A stretch of DNA of 64,000 bases from Thiobacillus sp. (GTDB lineage: Bacteria; Pseudomonadota; Gammaproteobacteria; Burkholderiales; Thiobacillaceae), in contig JANJWF010000011.1 in NCBI GenBank assembly GCA_024709685.1, positions 9,441-73,440 on the forward strand, written 5' to 3'. Shown here piece after piece: positions 1 to 10,697 of the stretch. The translations under genes and the position numbers were made by a program. The notes below the pieces were generated by a model that made no database searches, was not told the DNA's origin, and saw nothing but the letters and a program-made list of their open reading frames with translations. How positions within the stretch are numbered: position 1 is the stretch's first letter; every line of letters begins with the position of its first letter.

Positions 1-692
1 TCGAGGTATCAAGGAGTGAGCGGTTCTTCGGGGGTTTCTACAGCCTGTCGGCGCGACACCGCACGCGGGCATCCAACTGGAACTTGAGCTATACCGAAGA
101 CTTGAACGATATGAGCGGTTTTCAACTCACGACCGGCACGATGTATGACTACCAGTGCTCGCTCGTGGGCGGAGGCTCTATAGATTATGACGGCTGGCAG
201 TTCACTCGACCGCCCAATGAGATGGGCTACCCGGTATCAAGCTGCATCACCCTGTCCGCCGGGATGCCAGGGCTGCTGTACGATTTGCGTAGCGGGGTGT
301 TTGTCTCACGACTGCTGCGCGCAGGGATGAACTGGGGCCTCGGCAAGCTGACGTATTCGCTCACAGCCTTTGATTCGAGACGCGACTTTCAGCTCGTCAA
401 CGCTGAGGACCGCACGCAGGGCGTGACGGGTGCGCTGACCTATCGGCTTGCACCCTTTACAAGCGCCACCGGCAGCCTGGGGCTGAACCGGATACGCATT
501 CCCGCGGAGCTTTCCGAGAACGGCACGGACAGGGACGACGACATCTACACGTTCAGCCTTGGGGTGGAGCATCAGTTCGACCCAGACCTGACAGGAGGGC
601 TGACGTATCAGCGTCAGCAGAGGGACTCCAGCATCGCGAACGGCGATTCTAGGGAAAACAGGATCACGGCCACGGCCATCATGAGTTTCTGA
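1..692 (+). CDS. PEP-CTERM system-associated outer-membrane beta-barrel protein (TIGR03016-like), 5' truncated
   Basis: Frame is open from base 3 (EVSRSERFFGGFYSLS...). Alternating beta-strand pattern, C-terminal Phe (ATAIMSF), and position directly before the XrtA-system ATPase. Confidence 0.8.
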   Translation, partial: EVSRSERFFGGFYSLSARHRTRASNWNLSYTEDLNDMSGFQLTTGTMYDYQCSLVGGGSIDYDGWQFTRPPNEMGYPVSSCITLSAGMPGLLYDLRSGVFVSRLLRAGMNWGLGKLTYSLTAFDSRRDFQLVNAEDRTQGVTGALTYRLAPFTSATGSLGLNRIRIPAELSENGTDRDDDIYTFSLGVEHQFDPDLTGGLTYQRQQRDSSIANGDSRENRITATAIMSF

Positions 693-755
693 CCGGATCG
701 ACGCGACGTACGTCGTGGTTCGGTTTGGCCGGTGCCTTCAGACAACGGATCGCCC

Positions 756-1793
756 ATGTACGAAGATTATTACCGCTTCAGCGCCAAGCCCTTCCAGCTC
801 AACCCGGATCCGCGCTTTTTCTACGGATCCAAGGGGCACAAGCGGGCGATGGCCTATCTGGACTACGGCCTGTCCCTCGGCGAGGGCTTCATCGTCATCA
901 CCGGCGAGGTTGGCGCGGGCAAGACCACCCTGGTGCGCAACTTGTTCAGCCAGCTCGATGCGCACAGTCTGGTCGCCGCACAGCTGGTTTCGACCCAGCT
1001 GGATGCCGAGGACACCCTGCGCAGCGTCGCCGCTTCGTTCGGGCTGGCGCACGAGGGGCTGACCAAGTCGGCCCTGCTGAAGAACCTGGAGGATTTCCTG
1101 GTGGCCGCCGCGCGCCAGGGCAAGCGTGCGCTGCTGGTGGTCGACGAGGCGCAGAACCTGACGCCCCGTGCGGTGGAGGAGTTGCGCATGCTCTCCAACT
1201 ACCAGAACAACGAACGCTCGCTGATCCAGACATTCCTGCTGGGGCAGCCCGAATTTCGCGGCATCCTGCAAAGCCCCGACATGCAGCAGCTGCGTCAGCG
1301 CGTGGTGGCCTCGTACCATCTCGGGCCGCTCGATGCAGGGGAAACACGCGGCTATATCGAGCACCGTCTGCATACCGTCGGCTGGCAGGGCAATCCCGGC
1401 TTCGATGAAGCAGCCTTCTCCGCGCTGCATTGCTTTGCCGGCGGCATTCCGCGCCGCATCAACACCACCTGTGACCGCCTGCTGCTGTTCGGCTTCCTCG
1501 AGGAGAAAAGTCATTTTGGCGAAGCGGAGGTGAACGAGGTGATTGCCGACCTGAGAAACGAGGTCGCGCACCAGGACTACCATGGCGCCACCGGCGTCAA
1601 CAACCATCCGCCGGAGGGTGGCACGCTGCACCATGAGAACAGCATCCAGCTGGTGCAGCGCATCGATCAGGTGGAGCGCTCGGTCAACCGCATCCTGCCC
1701 ATCGTGCGCAAGATTCTCTTCACCGTGAGCGAACGCAGCAACACAGTCGCTGACGAAGGTGCGCTGCCCGACGGGCAGGATATCGCTCATTAA
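756..1793 (+). CDS. XrtA/PEP-CTERM system-associated ExeA-like AAA ATPase (TIGR03015-like)
   Basis: MYEDYYRFSAKPFQLNPDP start, Walker A GEVGAGKT, Walker B VVDEAQNL, LLGQPEF, GIPRRIN. Confidence 0.92.
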   Translation: MYEDYYRFSAKPFQLNPDPRFFYGSKGHKRAMAYLDYGLSLGEGFIVITGEVGAGKTTLVRNLFSQLDAHSLVAAQLVSTQLDAEDTLRSVAASFGLAHEGLTKSALLKNLEDFLVAAARQGKRALLVVDEAQNLTPRAVEELRMLSNYQNNERSLIQTFLLGQPEFRGILQSPDMQQLRQRVVASYHLGPLDAGETRGYIEHRLHTVGWQGNPGFDEAAFSALHCFAGGIPRRINTTCDRLLLFGFLEEKSHFGEAEVNEVIADLRNEVAHQDYHGATGVNNHPPEGGTLHHENSIQLVQRIDQVERSVNRILPIVRKILFTVSERSNTVADEGALPDGQDIAH

Positions 1794-1803
1794 AAGGTTT
1801 TCC

Positions 1804-2925
1804 ATGACCCAGGTTTTATGCGTCGCGGGCGCGCGGCCCAACTTCATGAAAATCGCCCCGGTGATGGCGGCGCTGGCCGATACCGGCATCGCCGCGCAGT
1901 TGCTGCACACCGGCCAGCATTACGACGCGGCGATGAGCGACAGTTTCTTTTCCGACCTCGGTATCCCGCCTCCCGATCATCATCTTGAAGTGGGCTCGGG
2001 CAGCCACGCGGTGCAGACCGCCGAGGTGATGAGGCGTTTCGAGCCGGTGCTCGACAGGGTGCAGCCGCGGGCGGTGCTGGTGGTGGGCGATGTGAATTCC
2101 ACCATCGCCTGCGCGCTGGTGGCAGCCAAGCGCGGCGTGCGCGTGATCCACGTCGAAGCGGGGCTGCGCAGCTACGACCGCAGCATGCCGGAGGAAATCA
2201 ACCGCGTACTGACCGACCAGATTTCCGATCTGCTGTTCATCACCGAGAAAAGTGCGCTGGCCAACCTCGCGCGCGAAGGCATTGACCCGGCGCGGGTCGA
2301 GTTCGTCGGCAACGTGATGATCGACACCCTTTATCGCAACCTCGAGCGCGCGGTGCCTGCGAGCCGGACACTCGGCGGCGCGCTGCCCGAATACGCGGTG
2401 CTGACGCTGCACCGGCCGTCCAACGTAGACGATCCCGCGACGCTCGCCGCGCTGCTCGGCGTCGTCGGCGAGATCAGCCGCACGCTGCCGGTGGTGATGC
2501 CGCTGCATCCGCGAACCCGCGGCAGCATCGAGAAGTTTGGCCTCAGCGACGGCCTCGACGGCCTGCACGTGCTGCCGCCGGTCGGCTATCTGGAAATGCT
2601 GGGGCTGATGCGCGACGCCCGCCTGGTACTGACCGATTCGGGCGGCATCCAGGAGGAAACCACCGCGCTCGGCGTTCCCTGCCTCACCCTCCGCGAGAAC
2701 ACCGAGCGGCCGATCACGCTGGACGAGGGGACCAATACCCTGGTGGGCGCCAGCCCCGACGCGATCCGGGCGGCGTTCGAGGACGTGATGGGGGGCGGCG
2801 GCAAGGCCGGCCGCATTCCTGAGTACTGGGACGGTCGCGCGGCGATGCGCATCGCTCATACGCTGCAAGGGTGGCTGCCGGCAGTGAAGGGCGTCCGTGC
2901 CTTGTCAGCCACGAGGGCCGCATGA
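1804..2925 (+). CDS. wecB: UDP-N-acetylglucosamine 2-epimerase (non-hydrolysing)
   Basis: GARPNFMK, HTGQHYD, GDVNST, HVEAGLRS, TDSGGIQEE and RENTERP motifs. Confidence 0.95.
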   Translation: MTQVLCVAGARPNFMKIAPVMAALADTGIAAQLLHTGQHYDAAMSDSFFSDLGIPPPDHHLEVGSGSHAVQTAEVMRRFEPVLDRVQPRAVLVVGDVNSTIACALVAAKRGVRVIHVEAGLRSYDRSMPEEINRVLTDQISDLLFITEKSALANLAREGIDPARVEFVGNVMIDTLYRNLERAVPASRTLGGALPEYAVLTLHRPSNVDDPATLAALLGVVGEISRTLPVVMPLHPRTRGSIEKFGLSDGLDGLHVLPPVGYLEMLGLMRDARLVLTDSGGIQEETTALGVPCLTLRENTERPITLDEGTNTLVGASPDAIRAAFEDVMGGGGKAGRIPEYWDGRAAMRIAHTLQGWLPAVKGVRALSATRAA

Positions 2926-3768
2926 ATGGCGGGGATCAAGAACGCCATGTCGATCGACGTCGAGGATTACTTCCAGGTGTCGGCTTTTGCACCACACGTC
3001 CGGCGTGAGGATTGGGACAGCCTGCCGTGTCGCGTCGAGCGCAACGTCGATGTGATTCTCACCCTGCTCGGCGACGCCGACGCCAGGGCGACCTTCTTCA
3101 CCCTCGGCTGGATCGCGGAACGCCATCCGCAGGTGGTGCGCCGCATTGTCGACAACGGCCACGAACTTGCCAGTCACGGCTACGGGCATCAGCGCGCATC
3201 CGATCTTACGCCGGCAGCCTTCCGCGATGACATCACTCGCGCCAAGCGCCTTCTCGAAGACATCGGCGGTGTCGCCGTACGCGGCTATCGGGCGCCGAGC
3301 TTTTCCATCAACCGCAGCAATTGGTGGGCGGTGGCTGAAATCGAGGCAGCCGGCTACGCGTACAGTTCCAGCATCTATCCGGTGCGCCACGATCATTACG
3401 GCATGCCCGATGCACCGCGCTTTCCGCACCGCCCCAATGGCGATTTGGGTATTCTCGAACTGCCGCCGACCACCCTGCCGCTGCTGGGGCGCAACCTGCC
3501 GGCAGCGGGCGGCGGCTGGTTCCGCCTGCTGCCGTATGAAGTGTCGCGCTGGATGCTGCGGCGCGTCCATACGCAGGATCAGGCGCCCTGCATGTTCTAT
3601 TTCCATCCCTGGGAGGTCGACCCCGAGCAGCCGCGACAGACCGGCCTGTCGGCCAAGACGCACTTTCGCCATTACGTCAACTTGCAGCGTATGCCTGGCA
3701 GGCTGAGAAAATTGCTGAACGATTTTGAGTGGGACCGCGTCGACCGCGTGTTCCTTCCCGCCGATTGA
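2926..3768 (+). CDS. XrtA system polysaccharide deacetylase (TIGR03006-like)
   Basis: SIDVEDYFQV, HELASHGYGH, GYRAPSFSI and YFHPWEVDP motifs of the NodB/CE4 type. Confidence 0.92.
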   Translation: MAGIKNAMSIDVEDYFQVSAFAPHVRREDWDSLPCRVERNVDVILTLLGDADARATFFTLGWIAERHPQVVRRIVDNGHELASHGYGHQRASDLTPAAFRDDITRAKRLLEDIGGVAVRGYRAPSFSINRSNWWAVAEIEAAGYAYSSSIYPVRHDHYGMPDAPRFPHRPNGDLGILELPPTTLPLLGRNLPAAGGGWFRLLPYEVSRWMLRRVHTQDQAPCMFYFHPWEVDPEQPRQTGLSAKTHFRHYVNLQRMPGRLRKLLNDFEWDRVDRVFLPAD

Positions 3769-3770
3769 AC

Positions 3771-4838
3771 ATGCACGCAGAGCCTTTTGCCGTAACCGAG
3801 GCCATGAGCGCTGAAGTCACGGTCCACGCCCTCGGCGCAGAAAGCCTCGAGCGCTGGGACGCCTATGTCCGGGCGCATCCGGACGCGACGTTCTTCCATC
3901 GTGCCGGCTGGAAGCGCGTGATCGAAGGCGCGTTCGGGCATCGCACGCATTTCCTGCTGGCCGAACGCGGCGGCGAGGTGGTCGGGGTGCTGCCGCTCGC
4001 CGAAATCAGGAGCAGACTGTTCGGCCACAGCCTGGGATCGCTGCCGTTCTGCGCCTACGGCGGCATCCTGGCGGATCACGACGCCGCATACCGCGCACTC
4101 GACGAAGCGGCACAGGCGCTCGCGAGCCAACTCAGGGTTGGCACGCTCGAGTATCGCAACCAGGCAGCGCAGCACGCGCACTGGCCGTCGAAGGATCTCT
4201 ACGTCACCTTCAAGAAAGCCATCGAGCCCGAGATCGAGGCCAACATGAATGCCATCCCGCGCAAGCAGCGTGCGATGGTCAGGAAAGGCATCAAGGCCGG
4301 ACTTGTCGGCGAGATCGACGCCGACACCAGGCGCTTCTTCCAGGCGTATTCGGCAAGCGTGCATCGCCTCGGAACACCGGTTTTTTCGCGCCGGTTCTTC
4401 CGTCTGCTGAAGGAGGAATTCGGCGACGACTGCGAGGTGTTGACCGTCACCCTGGATGGCAAGGTGATCTCCAGCGTGATGTCGTTCTATTTCCGCGACG
4501 AGGTGCTGCCGTATTACGGCGGCGGCGTGGCGAGCTCACGTACGGTGGCCGGCAACGACTTCATGTACTGGGACCTGATGCGGCGTGCCTGCGAGCGCGG
4601 GTTCAGGGTGTTCGATTTCGGACGCAGCAAGCGCGGGACCGGCTCGTTCGACTTCAAGAAGAACTGGGGGTTCGAGCCGACACCGCTGTACTACGAGTAT
4701 TTTCTGGTGAGGGACAAGGATGTCCCCGAGATCAATCCGCTCAACCCCAAGTACCGTCTGTTCATCCAGGCGTGGAAGAAGATGCCGCTGGCACTCGCCA
4801 ATGCGATCGGGCCGCACATCGTCAAGAACCTGGGGTAG
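3771..4838 (+). CDS. FemAB-family (GNAT) XrtA/PEP-CTERM system-associated protein (TIGR03019-like)
   Basis: RSRLFG, IPRKQRAMVRKG, FDFGRSKRGTGSFDFKKNWGF and NPLNPKY; locus position fits. Confidence 0.9.
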   Translation: MHAEPFAVTEAMSAEVTVHALGAESLERWDAYVRAHPDATFFHRAGWKRVIEGAFGHRTHFLLAERGGEVVGVLPLAEIRSRLFGHSLGSLPFCAYGGILADHDAAYRALDEAAQALASQLRVGTLEYRNQAAQHAHWPSKDLYVTFKKAIEPEIEANMNAIPRKQRAMVRKGIKAGLVGEIDADTRRFFQAYSASVHRLGTPVFSRRFFRLLKEEFGDDCEVLTVTLDGKVISSVMSFYFRDEVLPYYGGGVASSRTVAGNDFMYWDLMRRACERGFRVFDFGRSKRGTGSFDFKKNWGFEPTPLYYEYFLVRDKDVPEINPLNPKYRLFIQAWKKMPLALANAIGPHIVKNLG

Positions 4839-4841
4839 GAC

Positions 4842-6062
4842 ATGGAAGGGCTGCTGTTTCTCGCGCACCGTATCCCGTTTCCGCCCAACAAGGGCGACAA
4901 GATTCGCTCATTCCACCTGCTGCGCCATCTGAGTGCACGTTACGAAATCCACCTTGGCGCATTCGTCGACGACCCAGACGACTGGCAGTATCGCGATGCG
5001 CTCGTTCCCTACTGCAAATCGGTCAAGCTGCTGCCGCTCAATCCACGCCGCGCGAGGCTGGCGAGCCTCGTGGGTTTTCTGTCGGGTGAGGCGCTGACCT
5101 TGCCGTATTACCGCGATCGCGAACTCGCCCGTTGGGCCAGGGGGCTGGCCATGTCCGGAACGGTGAGATACGGACTCGCGTACTCCTCGGCAATGGCCCA
5201 GTTCATGCCGGCAAGCCTTCCGCGTCGCGTCCTCGACATGGTCGACGTCGACTCCGATAAGTGGATGCAATACGCAGCGACGCGACCCTGGCCACTGGCG
5301 TGGGTATACGCGCGAGAAGGCCGCAAACTGGCCGAATGGGAGGTGCGTGCGGCCAAGGCGTTCGACGCCACCCTGCTGGTGTCCTGCGACGAGGCCGCAT
5401 TGCTGCAACGGCGTGCGCCGGTGGCGCGGCACAAGATCGGCGTATTCGAGAACGGCGTCGATGCGGATTATTTTTCGCCCGCGCGCGACTATCCGGACCC
5501 TTTCGCGCCCGGTATGCAGGGTGTGGTGTTCACCGGAGCGATGGACTACTGGCCGAATGTCGATGCCGTCACCTGGTTTGCCGAGCGCGTCTTCCCGGCC
5601 GTGCGCGAAACGGCACCGGACGCGCAATTCACCATTGTCGGCAGTCGCCCCGCTGAAGCCGTTCTCGTGCTGACGCGCCAGCCCGGCGTCGTGGTCACCG
5701 GCGGCGTACCCGATGTGCGGCCGTATCTTGCCCACGCCGCGTGTGTGGTCGCTCCGCTGCGCATCGCGCGCGGTGTGCAGAACAAGGTGCTCGAAGCGAT
5801 GGCGATGGCGCGCGCGGTCGTCGCCAGCCCGCAGGCCGCCGAAGGAATCCGGGCCGAAGCCGGCTGCGACTTCTTCCTGGCACAGGGCGAAGCCGAGTTC
5901 GCGCGTACCGTCGTGGCCCGGCTGCAGACCGTTTCTGCGGTCGCGCATGCGCGCGACTGCATCCTGGCCCACTACGACTGGGCCCGTAACCTTGCCGCGA
6001 TCGATCCGCTGTTCGAAGGGGCGCAGACTGTTCCTCCCGCTCTGGAGGTTTGCCCCGCATGA
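4842..6062 (+). CDS. PEP-CTERM/XrtA system glycosyltransferase, GT4 (TIGR03087-like)
   Basis: AHRIPFPPNKGDKIRS, DVDSDKW, GAMDYWPNVDA, ARGVQNKVLEAMAM. Confidence 0.9.
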   Translation: MEGLLFLAHRIPFPPNKGDKIRSFHLLRHLSARYEIHLGAFVDDPDDWQYRDALVPYCKSVKLLPLNPRRARLASLVGFLSGEALTLPYYRDRELARWARGLAMSGTVRYGLAYSSAMAQFMPASLPRRVLDMVDVDSDKWMQYAATRPWPLAWVYAREGRKLAEWEVRAAKAFDATLLVSCDEAALLQRRAPVARHKIGVFENGVDADYFSPARDYPDPFAPGMQGVVFTGAMDYWPNVDAVTWFAERVFPAVRETAPDAQFTIVGSRPAEAVLVLTRQPGVVVTGGVPDVRPYLAHAACVVAPLRIARGVQNKVLEAMAMARAVVASPQAAEGIRAEAGCDFFLAQGEAEFARTVVARLQTVSAVAHARDCILAHYDWARNLAAIDPLFEGAQTVPPALEVCPA

Positions 6063-7603
6063 GTGCCGTGTCCGAAGCGCTTCCTGTCGCCCCCCGCAAC
6101 ATCTGGCTGCTGCCAGGGGGGCTGACCGTCGGCGTCCTGCTGCTGCTGGCGGGCATGTTCTGGCCGACGCTCCGGTCGATGATCGAGGTGTGGGAGCGCT
6201 CGGAAACCTTCGCCCACGGCTATCTGATCTTCCCCATCAGTGCGTGGCTCATCTGGCGACAGCGCGCGACCCTGGCGCAGATCCGGCCGCATCCCGATCC
6301 GCGCGGGCTGATTCTGCTGGCGGTTGCCGGTGCCGGCTGGCTGCTGGCCGACGCCGGCAGCGTCAACGTCGTCGCGCAGTATGCCTTCATCACCATGCTG
6401 ATCGCAGCAGTGTGGACCCTGCTCGGTCGGGCATTCGTGCGGGCGGCCCTGTTTCCACTGATGTTCCTGTTCTTCGCGGTGCCGGTGGGGGAATTCCTGA
6501 TCCAGCCGCTGATGGGCGTGACCGCAGATTTCACCGTCGCCATGCTGCGGCTCACCGGCATCCCGGTGTACCGTGAAGGCACGTTCTTCAGCATCCCCAG
6601 CGGCGACTGGTCGGTGGTCGAGGCCTGCTCCGGGTTGCGGTATTTGATCGCATCGGTGACGCTCGGCGTGCTGTACGCCTATCTCACCTACCGTTCGTGG
6701 AAGCGGCGGCTGCTGTTTTCGCTGGCGGCCATCGTCGTGCCAGTGCTCGCCAACAGCGGGCGCGCCTACATGATCGTGATGATCGCCCACCTGTCCGACA
6801 TGAAGCTGGCAGTCGGCGTCGACCACCTCATTTATGGCTGGGTGTTCTTCGGCTTGGTCATGCTGTTGCTGTTCTGGATCGGCAGCATGTGGCGCGAAGA
6901 CGACCAGCCGGAGCCAGCTGCAACGCCGGTCCCTGCGCAGCCGTTTTCAGCCACGCCGCGTCGCTGGTTGCCAGTTGCGTTGCTCACGCTGTCGGTGGCG
7001 GGGCTGTGGCCGGCTTACGCCACCTGGCTGGACAGCCGTCCGCTGCCCGAGGTGCCTGTATTGAAGGTCGAGGCGCAGGGCGGCTGGCAGCCGGGCGCCG
7101 CATTCACGACCTGGGTGCCGCATTGGGTCGGCGCCGATCGTCAGCTGCGTCGGTCCTACACCCAGGCTGGCCGCAATGTTCTGCTGCAGCTCGACTACTA
7201 CGGCACCCAGCGGCAGGGCGCCGAACTCATCAACTCGCAGAATTTCATGATCCGGCAGAAAGACCCGGCCTGGTCAAATGTCGGTGAGCACATCGCCACC
7301 GTGGACATGGGCGGCGGACCGCGCCAGGTGCGGCAGGCCAGGCTGCGCGGCAGCAACGACCAGCGTCTGCTGGTGTGGCAGTGGAATGTCATCGATGGCC
7401 GTCCCGTGGTCAAGGATCCTCTCGCCAAGCTGATGCTGGCATCCGAACGCGTGCGGATGAAACGCGATGACGGTCTGTCGGTACTGATCGCAACGCCCTA
7501 TGACGAGGCTGAGCCCGAGGCCGCGGTCGCGACGCTGGCACGTTTTGCCACCGACATGGAGCCGGCGATCGGGCACAGCCTCGACCGGATTGACGGACAG
7601 TGA
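6059..7603 (+). CDS. xrtA: Exosortase A with C-terminal EpsI domain
   Basis: WERSETFAHG, catalytic VVEACSGLRYL, ANSGRAY and VDHLIYGW. About 8 TM helices followed by a soluble EpsI-like domain. ATGA overlap with the upstream gene. Confidence 0.93.
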   Translation: MSAVSEALPVAPRNIWLLPGGLTVGVLLLLAGMFWPTLRSMIEVWERSETFAHGYLIFPISAWLIWRQRATLAQIRPHPDPRGLILLAVAGAGWLLADAGSVNVVAQYAFITMLIAAVWTLLGRAFVRAALFPLMFLFFAVPVGEFLIQPLMGVTADFTVAMLRLTGIPVYREGTFFSIPSGDWSVVEACSGLRYLIASVTLGVLYAYLTYRSWKRRLLFSLAAIVVPVLANSGRAYMIVMIAHLSDMKLAVGVDHLIYGWVFFGLVMLLLFWIGSMWREDDQPEPAATPVPAQPFSATPRRWLPVALLTLSVAGLWPAYATWLDSRPLPEVPVLKVEAQGGWQPGAAFTTWVPHWVGADRQLRRSYTQAGRNVLLQLDYYGTQRQGAELINSQNFMIRQKDPAWSNVGEHIATVDMGGGPRQVRQARLRGSNDQRLLVWQWNVIDGRPVVKDPLAKLMLASERVRMKRDDGLSVLIATPYDEAEPEAAVATLARFATDMEPAIGHSLDRIDGQ

Positions 7604-8763
7604 GCGCTCATATCGTACATGTCGTCCACCGCTTCGATACCGGCGGCCTGGAGAACGGCATGATCAACCTGTTCAATACCCTGGCGCCGGCACGCTATCG
7701 CCACAGCGTGATCACGCTGACCGATTTCACCGAATTTCGCCGTCGCATCACTGCGCAGCCGGTCGAATTTCATGCCCTGCAGCGCGCGCCCGGGCATGGA
7801 CTTGGCTGGACGCTGCGGCTGCGGAAGCTACTGCGTCGACTCCAACCCGATCTGGTGCACACCCGCAACCTGGCCGCGCTGGAGGCGCAGTTCGTGGCGG
7901 CCGCCGCGGGGGTTTGCGCGACTGTGCATGGCGAGCACGGGCGCGACGTGTTCGACCTGTATGGACAGAACTGGAAGTACAACGTGCTGCGCCGTACAGC
8001 GAAGCCGTTCGTATCGAACTACATTGCGGTGAGCCGGGATCTCGAAATCTGGCTGCGCCTCGCCATTCGCGTGCCGCCGCGCAAGATTCACCAGATCTAC
8101 AACGGTGTCGACAGCGACAGATTCCGCCCGCGCGAAGGGATGCGCCCTGATGTGCTGCCGCCGGGATTTGCCGGCCCGCAGACCGTAGTCCTCGGCTCGG
8201 TCGGGCGCATGGCCGAGGTCAAGGACTACCCCATGCTGGTGCGTGCATTCATCCGACTGGTGCAACAGCAGCCCGCCCTGGCGGCGCGAGCGCGGCTGGT
8301 GATCGTCGGCGAGGGGCCGGCACGCCCGGCCTGCCAGGCTCTACTGGACGAGGCGGGCCTGGCGCATCTGGTGTGGCTGCCAGGCGAACGCCACGATGTC
8401 GACGCGATCATGCAGGCGTTCGACGTGTTCGCGCTGCCATCGAAGAACGAGGGCATTTCCAACACCATTCTGGAGGCCCTGGCGAGCGGGCTGCCGGTGA
8501 TTGCCACTGCAGTCGGCGGCAATGTCGAACTGGTGGAAGACGGCGTCAACGGCACACTGGTGCGCCCGGGCGACGCGGCCGGCATGGCGCAGGCCTTGCT
8601 TGCTTATCTGGATGCGCCGGCGCGCATCGCCGAACACGGCAGACTCGCGCGGTTGCATGCGGTGCAACGTTTCAGCATCCCGGTGATGGCCGAGGCTTAT
8701 GCGGCGGTGTACGACCAGACGCTGAAGGACCGTCAGGCAGCCCTGAAAACTCAACAAGAATAA
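7600..8763 (+). CDS. PEP-CTERM/XrtA system glycosyltransferase, GT4 (TIGR03088-like)
   Basis: GGLENG, HTRNLAALE, HGEHGRD, EGISNTILEA; GTG start overlaps the xrtA stop. Confidence 0.9.
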   Translation: MSAHIVHVVHRFDTGGLENGMINLFNTLAPARYRHSVITLTDFTEFRRRITAQPVEFHALQRAPGHGLGWTLRLRKLLRRLQPDLVHTRNLAALEAQFVAAAAGVCATVHGEHGRDVFDLYGQNWKYNVLRRTAKPFVSNYIAVSRDLEIWLRLAIRVPPRKIHQIYNGVDSDRFRPREGMRPDVLPPGFAGPQTVVLGSVGRMAEVKDYPMLVRAFIRLVQQQPALAARARLVIVGEGPARPACQALLDEAGLAHLVWLPGERHDVDAIMQAFDVFALPSKNEGISNTILEALASGLPVIATAVGGNVELVEDGVNGTLVRPGDAAGMAQALLAYLDAPARIAEHGRLARLHAVQRFSIPVMAEAYAAVYDQTLKDRQAALKTQQE

Positions 8764-8774
8764 GGACAAAAAAC

Positions 8775-10697
8775 ATGTGCGGCATCACCGGCATTTTCGA
8801 TACCCGCGGCACAGGCGAGATTTCCCGCGAACTGCTGCATCGCATGAACGAGACCCAGTTCCATCGCGGGCCCGACGAAGGGGGTCTGCACATCGAGCCC
8901 GGTGTCGGACTGGGGCACCGGAGGCTCTCGATCATCGACCTGTCGACCGGCCAGCAGCCGCTGTTCAACGAGGACGGATCGGTCGTGGTCGTGTTCAACG
9001 GCGAGATCTACAACTTCCAGCAACTGGTGCCCGAACTCGAGGCGCTCGGCCACAGCTTCCGTACCCACTCCGACACCGAAGTCATCGTCCACGCCTGGGA
9101 AGCCTGGGGCGAGGCCTGCGTCGAGCGCTTCCGCGGCATGTTTGCGTTCGTGTTATGGGACCGCAAACAGGAAACACTGTTCGTGGTGCGCGACCGCTTC
9201 GGCGTCAAGCCGCTGTATTACGCCTTCCTCGACAACGGGGAATTCGTTTTCGGCTCGGAGCTGAAATCGCTGATGGTGCACCCGAAGCTGGTGCGCGACA
9301 TCGATCCGCTGGCGGTCGAGGAGTATTTCGCCTACGGCTACGTGCCCGAACCCCGCACCATTTTCAGGTGCGTCAACAAGCTGCCGCCCGGCTTCACGCT
9401 CACCCTCAGGCGCGGCCAGGCACGCGCATTGCCCAGGCAGTACTGGGACATACCGTTCACGCCGGTGGCGGTGAAGGACGAGGCGAGCGCGATGAAAGAG
9501 CTGGTCGAGCGCATGAAGGAGTCGATCCGCCTGCGCATGATCGCCGACGTGCCGCTCGGCGCATTTCTCTCGGGTGGCGTCGATTCCAGCGCGGTGGTGG
9601 CGATGATGGCAACGCAGTCGACGACGCCGGTGAATACCTGTTCGATCGGCTTCGACGACCCCGCTTTCGACGAAGTCGAATACGCCCAGCAGGTCGCCGA
9701 CCGCTACCGCACCCGGCATCACGTCGAAACCGTCGCCGCCGACGATTTCAGCCTGGTCGGCCGGCTCGCCCGGGTGTACGACGAACCCTACGCCGATTCG
9801 TCGGCGCTGCCGACGTATCGCGTCTGCGAGCTTGCGAGGAAGCATGTGAAAGTCGCGCTGTCGGGCGACGGCGGCGACGAGCATTTCGCCGGCTACCGAC
9901 GCTATCGCTGGTTCCGTTACGAGGAGCGCCTGCGTGCGGCGATGCCGCTGATGATGCGCCGCCCCCTGTTCGGCGCGCTCGGCCGGATGTATCCGAAGGC
10001 CGACTGGGCGCCGAAAGTGCTGCGCGCCAAGACGACCTTCGAGGCGCTGGCGCGCGATACCGTGGAGGGCTATTTCCACGGCGTCTCGCTCTTGTCCGAC
10101 GCACAGAGGAAGCAGCTCTTCTCGCGGTCGTTCAAACGTCAGCTGCAGGGCTACCAGGCGGTGGAAGTGCTGCGTCGCCACGCCGCGGTCGCGCCGATCG
10201 AAGACGCGTTGTCGCTGGTGCAGTATCTCGACATGAAAACCTACCTGGTCGGCGATATCCTGACCAAGGTCGATCGCGCCAGCATGGCTCACGCGCTCGA
10301 AGTGCGCGAGCCGCTGCTCGATCACGAGCTGATGGGCTGGGTGTCCGGGCTGCCGACCGATCTCAAGCTGAGGGGCAGCGAGGGAAAGTACCTGCTGAAG
10401 AAGGCGATGGAGCCCTATCTGCCGCACGATGTCCTCTACCGCAGAAAGATGGGTTTCTCGGTGCCGCTGGCGGCCTGGTTCCGCGGGCCGCTGGGGGCGA
10501 CCATCCGCAGCGTGGTGTTGGGCGAACGGCTCGCCGCAACGGGGCTGTTCAACCAGCAGTATCTGCGTGAGGTTGTCGAAGCCCACCAGTCCGGCCGCCG
10601 CGATTATTCAGTGATCCTTTGGACGGTGCTGATGTTCGATGCGTTCCTGGCACAGGTGCTCGGCATGTCCTCCGAGCGGTCGGCTGAGGCGGCATGA
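8775..10697 (+). CDS. XrtA/PEP-CTERM system amidotransferase (asparagine synthetase B-like, TIGR03108-like)
   Basis: N-terminal MCGI (Ntn Cys intact), HRGPD, HRRLSIID, NGEIYNF, LSGGVDSS, SGDGGDE; RBS AAGGA. Confidence 0.92.
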   Translation: MCGITGIFDTRGTGEISRELLHRMNETQFHRGPDEGGLHIEPGVGLGHRRLSIIDLSTGQQPLFNEDGSVVVVFNGEIYNFQQLVPELEALGHSFRTHSDTEVIVHAWEAWGEACVERFRGMFAFVLWDRKQETLFVVRDRFGVKPLYYAFLDNGEFVFGSELKSLMVHPKLVRDIDPLAVEEYFAYGYVPEPRTIFRCVNKLPPGFTLTLRRGQARALPRQYWDIPFTPVAVKDEASAMKELVERMKESIRLRMIADVPLGAFLSGGVDSSAVVAMMATQSTTPVNTCSIGFDDPAFDEVEYAQQVADRYRTRHHVETVAADDFSLVGRLARVYDEPYADSSALPTYRVCELARKHVKVALSGDGGDEHFAGYRRYRWFRYEERLRAAMPLMMRRPLFGALGRMYPKADWAPKVLRAKTTFEALARDTVEGYFHGVSLLSDAQRKQLFSRSFKRQLQGYQAVEVLRRHAAVAPIEDALSLVQYLDMKTYLVGDILTKVDRASMAHALEVREPLLDHELMGWVSGLPTDLKLRGSEGKYLLKKAMEPYLPHDVLYRRKMGFSVPLAAWFRGPLGATIRSVVLGERLAATGLFNQQYLREVVEAHQSGRRDYSVILWTVLMFDAFLAQVLGMSSERSAEAA